A stretch of DNA of 64,000 nucleotides from Bacillota bacterium (lineage in GTDB: Bacteria; Bacillota_I; Bacilli_A; RF39; UBA660): the NCBI GenBank assembly GCA_015059365.1, contig SVAO01000006.1:3065-67064 (forward strand), in the 5' to 3' direction. How positions within the stretch are numbered: the first letter of the stretch is position 1; every line of letters begins with the position of its first letter. Of this stretch, positions 55,316-64,000 are shown one piece after another. A program made the translations under genes and the position numbers. The notes beneath the pieces are model-generated. The model worked only from the letters and a program-made list of their open reading frames with translations. It had not been told where the DNA came from and made no database searches.

Positions 55316-56155
55316 ATGGAAAATGAAGTAAAAGAAATAGAAAAAAGTATTATAAAAAAGTTTCGTAAACAAATTTGGGCTAGATTTGTTAAAGCAATTA
55401 ATGAATATAAACTTATTAGTGAAAATGATAAAATTGCAGTTTGTATTTCTGGTGGTAAAGATTCTTTTTTGATGGCAAAATGTTTTCAAGAAATAAAAAG
55501 ACACGGAAAGATGAATTTTGATTTAGTTTTTTTAGTTATGAATCCAGGTTATAATGAAAAAAATCTTAATAAAATAAAAGAAAATGCCCAAATATTAGAT
55601 ATTCCAATAGAAATATTTAAAAGTGAAATATTTGATTATGTTAATACATTAGATGAAGGTTCACCTTGCTATTTATGTGCAAGGATGCGTAGAGGTAACT
55701 TATATAGTAAAGCAAAAGAATTAGGTTGTAATAAAATTGCTTTGGGGCATCATTATGATGATGTTTTAGAAACCATACTTTTAAATATTTTTTATGGTGG
55801 AGAAATAAAAACAATGCTTCCTAAACTTCATAGTACCAATTTTGAAGGAATGGAATTAATTAGACCAATGTATTTAATTAAAGAAAAAGATATTAAAGCA
55901 TGGGTTAAATTTAATAATTTAGAATTTTTAAATTGTGCTTGTAAATTTACCGAAGAAAATTATCAAAAAATAGAAACTAATTCAAAAAGATTAGAAATGA
56001 AAAGATTGATAGAAAATTTAAGAAAAACAAGCCCTTATATCGAAGATAGTTTGTTTAAGTGTGTAGATAATATTAATTTAGAAGCTGTAATGGGATATAA
56101 GAAAAATGGAGTAAGGTATAGTTTTTTAGATAACTATGATGAAAAAAGCAAATAG
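55316..56155 (+). CDS. PP-loop ATPase, TtcA-like tRNA thiolation enzyme
   Basis: PP-loop CISGGKDS. CxxC (CYLCARMRRG). LGHHYDD. Confidence 0.75.
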   Translation: MENEVKEIEKSIIKKFRKQIWARFVKAINEYKLISENDKIAVCISGGKDSFLMAKCFQEIKRHGKMNFDLVFLVMNPGYNEKNLNKIKENAQILDIPIEIFKSEIFDYVNTLDEGSPCYLCARMRRGNLYSKAKELGCNKIALGHHYDDVLETILLNIFYGGEIKTMLPKLHSTNFEGMELIRPMYLIKEKDIKAWVKFNNLEFLNCACKFTEENYQKIETNSKRLEMKRLIENLRKTSPYIEDSLFKCVDNINLEAVMGYKKNGVRYSFLDNYDEKSK

Positions 56156-56214
56156 TTCAATTTGTATAAAATAGATTAATGTGTTATAATAACCCCTCAA
56201 AAGGGGATTTTGTT

Positions 56215-56730
56215 ATGTATTTTTATAGATTATTAACAATAGATGAATTAGAACAAAAACAAATTCATAATAATAAAAATAAATTTAAAGATTGTATAAA
56301 TACACATAAATATATTAAAGGTAATAACTATATTCATTTGTTTTTAAATGCGGAATCTTGTTTCGAAGATTTTGAAAAGGAAGACTATAGTAAATGTTAT
56401 ATCGCAAAGTTTGATATACCAGATGAAATAGTTAATAAATTTGGAATTGGTTTGGGTGGATATAATCCACTTTATAATTCATATAATATAAAGTATAGAG
56501 TTATAAATAAAAATGATAGTTTTTGGCTTCCTGAAATTGCTATTCCAGAAATAAGTTTTAACTATGATTGGTGTAAAGAATATCATAAAGCAATAGATGA
56601 AAAAGGGGATTGCTTTTTACCTGAAAGCTTTATTACCGATGAACAATCATATAAAAAAATAGTATATGATGGGTATTTAATTGGATATAACAATGTAGAA
56701 CAATTATTAAATAAATATCTATCATTCTAA
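56215..56730 (+). CDS. hypothetical protein
   Basis: ATG at 56215 after AAGGGGA. 171 aa with no motif recognised. Confidence 0.5.
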   Translation: MYFYRLLTIDELEQKQIHNNKNKFKDCINTHKYIKGNNYIHLFLNAESCFEDFEKEDYSKCYIAKFDIPDEIVNKFGIGLGGYNPLYNSYNIKYRVINKNDSFWLPEIAIPEISFNYDWCKEYHKAIDEKGDCFLPESFITDEQSYKKIVYDGYLIGYNNVEQLLNKYLSF

Positions 56731-56745
56731 ATAATTAAAACAAAA

Positions 56746-56778
56746 ATATACGAGTAAATTAGATTCGTATATTTTTTA
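56746..56778 (+). terminator. Rho-independent terminator
   Basis: ATATACGA-gtaaattagat-TCGTATAT followed by TTTTT. Confidence 0.65.
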
Positions 56779-57028
56779 TTATATTTAATTTAAATAAATT
56801 TGAAAAACAAGTAGAAAAGCATCGTAATTTATGTTATTCTATATAATAGAGGAGGTATAAGAAATGAGTAAGAGTAGAATATAGTACAGAGAGTAGTGAT
56901 AATAAAGTCTATTGGAAAGTTGGTGGGAATACTTATAATAGTTTAGAATCAATTTTAACAAAAAATTCAATAGATATTTCTTGATAAGTAGAAAAAATAA
57001 ATTTCCACAAGTTAATTAGGAGGTAAAG

Positions 57029-58171
57029 ATGAAAAAAACATTATTATTAACATGTTTGGCCTTATTTAGTTGTTTATACATTAATGAAGCTAAAGCGTTA
57101 ACACAAGCAGAGGCAGATGAAATCAGTGAGAAATTTTTTGAAAATTGGTGTTATTTTACCGAAGGAGAAAAAGCACCAAAAGTAGATTGTATGATGGATT
57201 GTTTAATAACTTCTATGGTAAATTCTGATGATGATACATATTTATTATCTAAAGAAGGTGTACCAGGAAAAGAATATACATACAATGTTTTATATAGAGT
57301 TCCTGCAGAAGTTTTTGAAGAATATGTTGAAGAAAATTTCTTTGTAACATCTAGCTATATTGAGCAATTAAGAGAATCATTTAATTCTATAAATGGTTAT
57401 GATTATAAGGAAATAGAAGGAAAATACTATTATGAATTTACATATGAATTAATTGCTGCCGGCGGATGGGGAACTGCAATATATACAAATGTAAAGGGAT
57501 ATAAAGATTTAGGGAATAATTATTATGAGTTTTATATTTATGATGCTGCTTTAGATGAAAATTATGTCCCATCTGATGATGATATTTTAGATCAGGACCA
57601 TGTAAATATTGATGGTGAAATTTTTGAAATACTTAAAGCATATAGATTTAAAGTATATTATACAAAAGATGAATTAAAGTTTGCTTCAAAGGAACAAATT
57701 GAAAATAGCCAAATTGCTAAATCAAGTGAATTGATATTATATGAAGATTTATTAGAAAATGAAACTTCAAGAGAATTTACTGAAAAAACTACATCTTTTG
57801 ACATTTCAAAAGATGAAGAATTAAAATTTAGTATTAATTCAAATTTTGAATTATTTGATAAAGTGTTTGTTGATGGTAAAGAGGTAGATAAAGAAATGTA
57901 TGAAGCAAAATCTGGTAGTACAATAATTAGTTTTAAAGAAGATTATATAAAAAACCTAACAGAAGGTGAACACACATTTAAAACTACATTTAAAGATGGT
58001 TCTTCTGCAGAAACAAAATTTACTGTACAAAAGTCTGTTGTAGAGGGAACTGTTCCTAATCCAGATACTGGTTTATTTACAGGTTTAGGATTAATGGGAT
58101 TAATAGGTGCATTAAGTGCCGGAGTTTATGTTTCATTAAAAAGAAAAAATAAATTTATACGATTTAATTAG
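57029..58171 (+). CDS. cell-wall-anchored surface protein with NPDTG sorting signal (probable sortase B substrate)
   Basis: Signal peptide MKKTLLLTCLALFSCLYINEAKA. C-terminal VPNPDTG, a hydrophobic stretch, then the KRKNK tail. Directly upstream of a class B sortase. Confidence 0.8.
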   Translation: MKKTLLLTCLALFSCLYINEAKALTQAEADEISEKFFENWCYFTEGEKAPKVDCMMDCLITSMVNSDDDTYLLSKEGVPGKEYTYNVLYRVPAEVFEEYVEENFFVTSSYIEQLRESFNSINGYDYKEIEGKYYYEFTYELIAAGGWGTAIYTNVKGYKDLGNNYYEFYIYDAALDENYVPSDDDILDQDHVNIDGEIFEILKAYRFKVYYTKDELKFASKEQIENSQIAKSSELILYEDLLENETSREFTEKTTSFDISKDEELKFSINSNFELFDKVFVDGKEVDKEMYEAKSGSTIISFKEDYIKNLTEGEHTFKTTFKDGSSAETKFTVQKSVVEGTVPNPDTGLFTGLGLMGLIGALSAGVYVSLKRKNKFIRFN

Positions 58172-58180
58172 GAGGTAAAA

Positions 58181-59779
58181 ATGAAAAAGATATTAGTCGA
58201 AATTGAAAAAGATTATATATCTTTTTCATTGTCTTTTGATAATAGTTTAGACGATTATAACAAAACAAACATATTTAATGGAAGAAAAATAAAATTTAGT
58301 GATACGTTTATATTAGACAATTTAAAAGTAGTAGGGATATTAATAAATAAATTAGTTAAAAATTTAAATACAAATAAGGTGGTAATTAATAATAATGAAG
58401 TTGCGGAAGTAATTCTTATGTTATTAAAATATACCCCTAATATAAATAAAATATATTTTAGAGAAGATAAAAGTTTAACATATACCGAATGTAGTTTGAT
58501 ATCTGAAAATAAATATTTGGATTTTATAAATTGTTATAGCATGCCGGAATATTTATTTGATAGACTTAATATGTTAAAGAGAATTAGAGTTAAGATTCGA
58601 AGTGAAATATTTACATTAAGTAATTTTATGGATGAAAATAAAATGCAAACTTATTCTGATATATATTATAAGAAAAAGATTGTTATTAGTAATGAATTAG
58701 AAAAAGAAGATATAGAGGATATAATTGCATTTTTTAAGATAAATAAGTATTTAAAAGTTATAGAACTAAAATCGTATGATTATAACAATATGTTAATACT
58801 GTTAAATACAATGAAAAAATATAGAGTTGAGCGAATTGTGGTAATAATTAATCAATTAAATAACGAATTGATAGAGGGAATAGAAGAATTTGATAAAATA
58901 GAGGCTCAATATAAAATTAATATTAAGGTAAAATATAATGAAGAATATAAAAGAAGAAATTATATAAAACAAATAAATATAAATATTATAAAGACAATAT
59001 TAATTATTTTAATAATGTTATCTATATCTATAATAGGCTTATATTTTTATTTAAGTCATAGAGACAATAAAAAAATAGAAAATATAAATCAATCTATAAA
59101 TGATATTATAGAAGAAAATACAAAAGTAGAAGAAGAAGTAATAGAGGAAGAAAAAGAAGAATCTGAGGAAGTAGATGAACCAACAGAAAATAAAAGAGGA
59201 CAAGCATATTATACAAATTATAAGCAAGTATTTAGTGAACTATTAAAAATAAATAGTGATACAGTTGGATGGATCAAAGTAAATAATACAAAGGTAAATT
59301 ACCCAGTAGTACAAACTAAGGATAATGATTATTATTTAAAGCATGCATTTGATAAAGAATATAATTTAGCTGGCTGGGTGTTTATGGATTATCGAAATAA
59401 TATTGATACTTTAAATCAAAATACTATAATCTATGGCCATAATATAACCAAAGACAGATTAATGTTTGGTAGTTTAAGAAACACTTTAAATGAATCGTGG
59501 TATAAAAATAGTGAAAATCACATTATTACATTTAATACTTTAAATGAAAACAGTAAATGGCAAATATTTTCACTATATACAATAGAAGAAACAAGTGATT
59601 ATCTAATAACTTCATTTTCTTCTTTAAATAGTTTTAAAAATTATATTGAAAGAGAAACAAATAGAAGTATATATAATTTTAATGTTGATGTAAGTGAAGA
59701 AGATAAAATACTTACTTTATCAACTTGTTACCAAGATGACAAGCATAGACTTGTTATACATGCGAAGAAAGTAGGATAG
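58181..59779 (+). CDS. srtB: class B sortase with about 260-aa N-terminal cytoplasmic extension
   Basis: C-terminal domain NSDTVGWIKVNNTKVNYPVVQTKDNDYYLKH...NTIIYGHN...LTLSTCY...RLVIHAKK carries the His-Cys-Arg triad. TM helix at residues ~262-290, then a Glu-rich linker. The upstream 260 aa have no recognisable match. Confidence 0.8.
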   Translation: MKKILVEIEKDYISFSLSFDNSLDDYNKTNIFNGRKIKFSDTFILDNLKVVGILINKLVKNLNTNKVVINNNEVAEVILMLLKYTPNINKIYFREDKSLTYTECSLISENKYLDFINCYSMPEYLFDRLNMLKRIRVKIRSEIFTLSNFMDENKMQTYSDIYYKKKIVISNELEKEDIEDIIAFFKINKYLKVIELKSYDYNNMLILLNTMKKYRVERIVVIINQLNNELIEGIEEFDKIEAQYKINIKVKYNEEYKRRNYIKQININIIKTILIILIMLSISIIGLYFYLSHRDNKKIENINQSINDIIEENTKVEEEVIEEEKEESEEVDEPTENKRGQAYYTNYKQVFSELLKINSDTVGWIKVNNTKVNYPVVQTKDNDYYLKHAFDKEYNLAGWVFMDYRNNIDTLNQNTIIYGHNITKDRLMFGSLRNTLNESWYKNSENHIITFNTLNENSKWQIFSLYTIEETSDYLITSFSSLNSFKNYIERETNRSIYNFNVDVSEEDKILTLSTCYQDDKHRLVIHAKKVG

Positions 59780-59782
59780 TAA

Positions 59783-60841
59783 ATGAAAAAGATAGGATAT
59801 TTAATAATTGGATTAGTAATTTTAATGCCATTTAAAATAAATGCCGCTAGTGCTAGTTTAAGCATTAGTTGTCCAAACACTGCTTATCCTGGTATACAGT
59901 AAGTTGTAAAATAAGTGCCAATACTAGTGGTGATATTAATGGAATTAGTGGCAATTATAGTTTATCAGAAGGGTTAGTTTACAAGGAGTTTGCTACTTCA
60001 AGTAGCGTCTTGTTTAATATTGTTCAAACAACGAACAAAGGATTTGTATTAGGTAATACTTCTGGTTTACCAGCAAAATTCACACTTGGAACATTAAAAG
60101 TTACCATTCCTGGTAATGCAACTTCCAATACAGTCTACAGCGTAACTATTAAAAATATAGGGGCTAGTGATCTTGATTATGATAGTGTTTCGATAAGTAA
60201 TGTAACAGATTCTATTAAAGTAATTAGTAAGGAAGTTAATAATTCAACTAAACCAGGAAATAATACTCAAAAGAAAAGTAGTAATGCAAATTTAAGTGAA
60301 ATTAATTTAAATGGTAACAAAATAGAAATTATACCAACTAAAACTGAGTATTCAATCAATGTTAAATATGAGACAGAAATTCTTGAAACAACATATAAAG
60401 TAGAAGATAAGAAAGCAAGTGCTAAAGTAAGTGGTGACAGCAGAAGCTGGAACTAAAAAAATATATAATATTAAGGTTAATAGATTACAAGAAAATGAAA
60501 AATTATCTAACAATAATTATTTAAGTATTTTAGAAATAGATGGTTATGATATTAATTTTAATAAAGAAACGTTAGAATATACTATAAGTATAAAAGATGA
60601 AGATAGTTTAAAAATTACTACCAAAACGGAAGGAAACGCTAAGGTAAGTATAGAAGGTAATAATGATTTAAAGAATGGTAGTATCATAAAAATAACTGTA
60701 ACAGCAGAAGATGATACTACAAGAAATTATATAATTAATATTAAAAGTAATAGAAATAATATTTTAATAATTACTTTATTAGGTATAGTTCTAATAAGTG
60801 TTATTGTTGTAGTAATGTTTGTATTTAAAAAGAACAAATGA
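59783..60841 (+). pseudogene. surface protein gene (cohesin-like N-domain, two cadherin-like beta-sandwich repeats, C-terminal TM) broken by two frame changes
   Basis: Signal-peptide ORF 59783-59902 stops at TAA. The sense continues in another frame (…TVSCKISANTSGDINGISG…) to 60456, then returns to the first frame at ~60431 (VVTAEAGTKKIYNIKVNRL...). Frames mod 3 run 2,1,2. Confidence 0.6.
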
Positions 60842-60868
60842 TGTTGAATAATTTAAATTAAAAATTTT

Positions 60869-60894
60869 AACCGCACAATAAATGTGCGGTTTTA
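60869..60894 (+). terminator. Rho-independent terminator
   Basis: AACCGCAC-aataaat-GTGCGGTT followed by TT. Confidence 0.65.
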
Positions 60895-60904
60895 ATATGT
60901 TTTT

Positions 60905-60933
60905 GTTTAAAATTTTATTTTTCTTTCATAATA
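60905..60933 (+). promoter_or_regulatory. candidate forespore (sigma-F/G type) promoter of sigG
   Basis: GTTTA (60905-60909), 17 nt, CATAATA (60927-60933). Same -10 heptamer and spacing as the spoVA promoter. The resulting leader would be very short. Confidence 0.3.
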
Positions 60934-60951
60934 AAATGAAAGGAGAATAAA

Positions 60952-61728
60952 ATGGCACGTCATAAAGTTGAAATTTGTGGCGTGAATACTGCGAATATTA
61001 AGGTGTTAACAAATGAAGAAATGATAGAATTATTTAAAAAGTATCAAAATGGTGATGAGTTTGCTAAAGAAGATTTAGTAAATGGCAATTTAAAATTGGT
61101 TTTATCAATTCTTCGAAAATATAATAACAGAACTGACAACATGGATGATTTATTTCAAGTAGGGTGTATAGGATTGATTAAAGCAATTGACAATTTTGAT
61201 TTGTCGCACGAAGTGAAGTTTTCAACTTATGCAGTTCCTATGATTTTAGGTGAAGTTAAGCGTTATTTACGAGATAATAGTAGTGTTAGAATTGCTAGAA
61301 GTATTAAGGACATCGCTTATCAGGCAATGCGTGTTAAAGAAGAACTTACTAATAAATATGGTAAAGAGCCTAAAGTAGGAGATATTGCTAAAGAATTAGA
61401 ATTAAGCGAATTTGAAGTTGTAAATGCACTAGAAGCGATGAGGGATACTATTAGTATGTATGAGCCTATTTATAATGATGGTGGAGATACTATCTATCTT
61501 GCTGATCAATTACAAGATAAAACTGATACTCTATATGATAAAGAAACCAAAATATCATTAAAAGATGCGATAGAAAAGTTAAAAGAAAAAGAAAGACATA
61601 TTATATTAGAACGATATATTATGGGAAAAACTCAGATGGAATTGGCTGAAGAAATAGGTATTTCTCAGGCTCAAATATCAAGACTAGAAAAAAATGGATT
61701 GGACAATTTAAAGAAAATGATATTATGA
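60952..61728 (+). CDS. sigG: RNA polymerase sporulation sigma factor sigma-G
   Basis: MARHKVEICGVNTANIKVLTNEEM..., NGNLKLVLSILRKYNNR, DDLFQVGCIGLIKAIDNFDLSHEVKFSTYAVPMILGEVKRYLRDN, GISQAQISRLEK. Near-collinear with B. subtilis SigG. Confidence 0.92.
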   Translation: MARHKVEICGVNTANIKVLTNEEMIELFKKYQNGDEFAKEDLVNGNLKLVLSILRKYNNRTDNMDDLFQVGCIGLIKAIDNFDLSHEVKFSTYAVPMILGEVKRYLRDNSSVRIARSIKDIAYQAMRVKEELTNKYGKEPKVGDIAKELELSEFEVVNALEAMRDTISMYEPIYNDGGDTIYLADQLQDKTDTLYDKETKISLKDAIEKLKEKERHIILERYIMGKTQMELAEEIGISQAQISRLEKNGLDNLKKMIL

Positions 61729-61770
61729 ATATCGTTTTTTTTTAATACATAAATTTTAATAGGTGGTACG

Positions 61771-62001
61771 ATGAGGCTTTCTGATTTACAACATAAAGAT
61801 GTTGTTAATGTGATGGATGGTAGTAAAATCGGAAATATTATTGATATAAAAATAGATTCTAAGGGGAATATGGAAGGACTTATAGTTGAAAAAAGTAAAT
61901 TTTTAGTATCGATGTTTACTACAAAAAATGAAATAGAAATAAAATGGGGACAGATAGAAAAAATTGGTGAAGATGTAATTCTTGTTAATATTGTAATATA
62001 A
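61771..62001 (+). CDS. YlmC/YmxH-family sporulation protein (PRC-barrel)
   Basis: MRLSDLQHKDVVNVMDGSKIGNIIDIKIDSKGNMEGLIV is the family hallmark. 76 aa. Confidence 0.85.
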   Translation: MRLSDLQHKDVVNVMDGSKIGNIIDIKIDSKGNMEGLIVEKSKFLVSMFTTKNEIEIKWGQIEKIGEDVILVNIVI

Positions 62002-62028
62002 TGATATAATAAAATTGGAGATGAATGT

Positions 62029-63066
62029 ATGGAAAAAATAACAGTAAATATGTTATCTATGGCAGACAAAGTTGATGGCCAAGGGGTTGGAAGTGCTTAT
62101 TTAGAACAAGTGGAATTAGTTAAATCTTCCCCAAAATTTAATATTTTAATTAACAGTAAAGAAAAAGCAGATATTGTTCATATACATACTATTGAACCAC
62201 AGAATTATATAAGATTAAAAGATAATAAAGGTATTAAAGTTGCTTATTGTCATTTTTTACCTGAAACATTAGATGGTAGTATTAAACTACCTAAACCAGT
62301 TTTTAATATATTTAAGAAATATGTAGTTAATTTCTATAAAAATACTGATTATTTAGTAGTTGTAAATCCTATTTTTATTGATGACTTAGTTAAACACGGA
62401 ATAGAAAGAGAAAAAATAAAATATATTCCTAACTATGTATCAAAGGATCAATTCTTTAAAAAGAGCAAAAATGAAATTAAAAATATTAGAAAAAAATTAG
62501 GCATAGCGGAAGATAAGTTTGTTGTTTTAGGAGTAGGACAAGTTCAAACACGTAAAGGAGTTTTAGATTTTGTCGAAGTAGCAAAAAAACTTCCGGATGT
62601 TGAGTTTGTCTGGTGTGGAGGTTTTTCTTTTGGGGCTATTACAGATGGATTTGATGAGCTAAAAAAGATTTATGAATGTCCACCTAAGAATGTTAGATTT
62701 TTAGGGATAATCCCAAGGGAAGAGATGAATGATATGTATAATATGGCAGATGTGTTATTTATGCCTTCATATAATGAGTTATTCCCAATGGCTATTTTGG
62801 AAGCGGTAAATAGTGAAAAACCATTATTATTACGTAATTTAGATTTATATCACAATATTTTATTTGATAAGTATGTTAGTGGTAAAAATAATCGTGATTT
62901 TGTTCGTGAAATAAAAAATTTGCGTGATGATAAAATTTTATATAAAAGTGAGTGTAATCATTCTAAAGAAATTAATCAATTTTATAGTAAGGAAAATGTT
63001 TTAAAAATTTGGGAAGATTTTTATGCTGAAATAGTAGAAAAATCAAAAGATATAGTTGAATCATAA
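62029..63066 (+). CDS. GT4/GT-B family glycosyltransferase (possibly a glycolipid synthase)
   Basis: C-terminal GT1/GT4 segments LGVGQVQTRKG, ADVLFMPSYNELFPMAILEA (E-x7-E-like). Confidence 0.7.
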   Translation: MEKITVNMLSMADKVDGQGVGSAYLEQVELVKSSPKFNILINSKEKADIVHIHTIEPQNYIRLKDNKGIKVAYCHFLPETLDGSIKLPKPVFNIFKKYVVNFYKNTDYLVVVNPIFIDDLVKHGIEREKIKYIPNYVSKDQFFKKSKNEIKNIRKKLGIAEDKFVVLGVGQVQTRKGVLDFVEVAKKLPDVEFVWCGGFSFGAITDGFDELKKIYECPPKNVRFLGIIPREEMNDMYNMADVLFMPSYNELFPMAILEAVNSEKPLLLRNLDLYHNILFDKYVSGKNNRDFVREIKNLRDDKILYKSECNHSKEINQFYSKENVLKIWEDFYAEIVEKSKDIVES

Positions 63067-63121
63067 AACACCATTAGGTGTTTTTTTTGTTTGTTTATGA
63101 TACAATATATTTGGTGATATT

Positions 63122-64000
63122 ATGTCAACTCAAAAAGGTGGATTAAAGGATCGTATACGGTCATGGAATATATATTTAAAATATAAATTTAAAATGTTAA
63201 AAAAAACCAAAGAAGAAAAACAAATGCAAAAAAGAAGTGAAAAAGAAAAAAGAAAGAATATTCAAATTTATCCAAGCGGTAAATATTATAGTAAGCCTAA
63301 AATTTTATGGCTTACCCTTGTTGGATTGTTATTTGGTTTCTTTGAAAGAAAAAGTGATAAAGAAAATGAGATAAATTGTATTGAAAATAACATAAAATTA
63401 TTAGAAAAAGATATTTTTGTATTAAGTCAAGAAGAACAAATTAATATAACTAAAACTATCGGAAATGATATTATCAAATTAAAATCTAAAAATTGGTTTG
63501 ATAATAGAATAAAAACTAAAGTTAAATCATTCGAAAGAAGAATGAAAGTTATAGAAATTAGCAAAGAAATTAATAAAGATGTAATATATAGTAGCAAAAT
63601 GAATGATGATATTTCACAAACAAAGATTAATGAGGTAAATGTTGATTCAAATGTTAAAACTGGAATGTATACTCCTTTGTTAGAAATTAAGATGATGAAT
63701 GAGGAAATAGATGAATATCATAAAAAACTAAACGAAATAACAGAAAAAATAAAAAACAATACTACTTACAATGGTTTTTATGAATTGGAATTTGCTATAA
63801 AACAACTAAGAATTAAGTTTAAGTGCTTATTAGAAAAATATGATAATTTGAAAGAATTACCGGGATTTAGTAATTTGATTAATCTTATAAGTATAGATGA
63901 GATTGATATTTATAATCTTCGGGTTGATGAAAAAAGTATAGTATCACATATAGATGCATGTAATACTTATTTAGAGGATATTGAAAATAAGAAAAAAGAA
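63122..64000 (+). CDS. hypothetical membrane/coiled-coil protein, 5' part (runs off the right edge)
   Basis: ATG at 63122. Open frame to the window end (293 codons). Basic N-terminus, one TM helix (ILWLTLVGLLFGFF), Lys/Glu/Asn-rich helical remainder. Confidence 0.55.
   Translation, partial: MSTQKGGLKDRIRSWNIYLKYKFKMLKKTKEEKQMQKRSEKEKRKNIQIYPSGKYYSKPKILWLTLVGLLFGFFERKSDKENEINCIENNIKLLEKDIFVLSQEEQINITKTIGNDIIKLKSKNWFDNRIKTKVKSFERRMKVIEISKEINKDVIYSSKMNDDISQTKINEVNVDSNVKTGMYTPLLEIKMMNEEIDEYHKKLNEITEKIKNNTTYNGFYELEFAIKQLRIKFKCLLEKYDNLKELPGFSNLINLISIDEIDIYNLRVDEKSIVSHIDACNTYLEDIENKKKE

Overview
AT-rich chromosomal window from an endospore-forming low-GC Firmicute (Bacillota). I cannot assign a genus from sequence alone. 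About 63 of 70 genes lie on the + strand. I saw no transposase, integrase, prophage or CRISPR array. Left to right: a TetR-controlled membrane-protein operon, a CDF metal exporter, a lone minus-strand tRNA-Gly(GCC), a DD-carboxypeptidase, TspO, yqeG-yqeH, an orphan HerA-like ATPase, spoVAC-spoVAD-spoVAEb, miaB-cotE, and an anaerobic RNR cluster (dead NrdD paralog, nrdG, nrdD fused to a redoxin domain, trxB). Then rpsP plus a KH protein, cdsA-rseP, a NatAB-like ABC pair, rpsB-tsf, yigZ, murG-murB-divIB-ftsA-ftsZ, spoIIGA-sigE, secG, rlmN-prpC-prkC-rsgA-rpe, an amidoligase-family gene, sigK, a spoIIAA-like gene plus sigF, deoD, an M16 peptidase pair, a PP-loop ATPase, a sortase B locus, sigG, a YlmC/YmxH gene and a glycosyltransferase. 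All four sporulation sigma factors lie within about 21 kb. The most unusual content is a five-member paralogous family in two loci (20.0-22.3 kb, and 36.7-40.2 kb wedged between ftsZ and spoIIGA). Two unrelated N-terminal leader/scaffold types carry the same cysteine-containing C-terminal module: a TasA/SipW-like signal peptide and a canonical type IV prepilin signal. The copies have near-identical 5' halves, duplicated promoters and terminators, and patchy perfect-identity blocks that suggest ongoing gene conversion. Other points of interest: an NrdD paralog ending exactly where the glycyl-radical domain should start, a STAS/sigF pair with no SpoIIAB and no phosphorylatable serine, a monocistronic HerA-like ATPase, a stand-alone amidoligase, a sortase B with a roughly 260-aa cytoplasmic extension, a degenerate Fic protein, and an S2 protein with a Rho_N/SAP-like tail. 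Every functional call rests on motif recognition by eye and recalled family knowledge. No database search was run.
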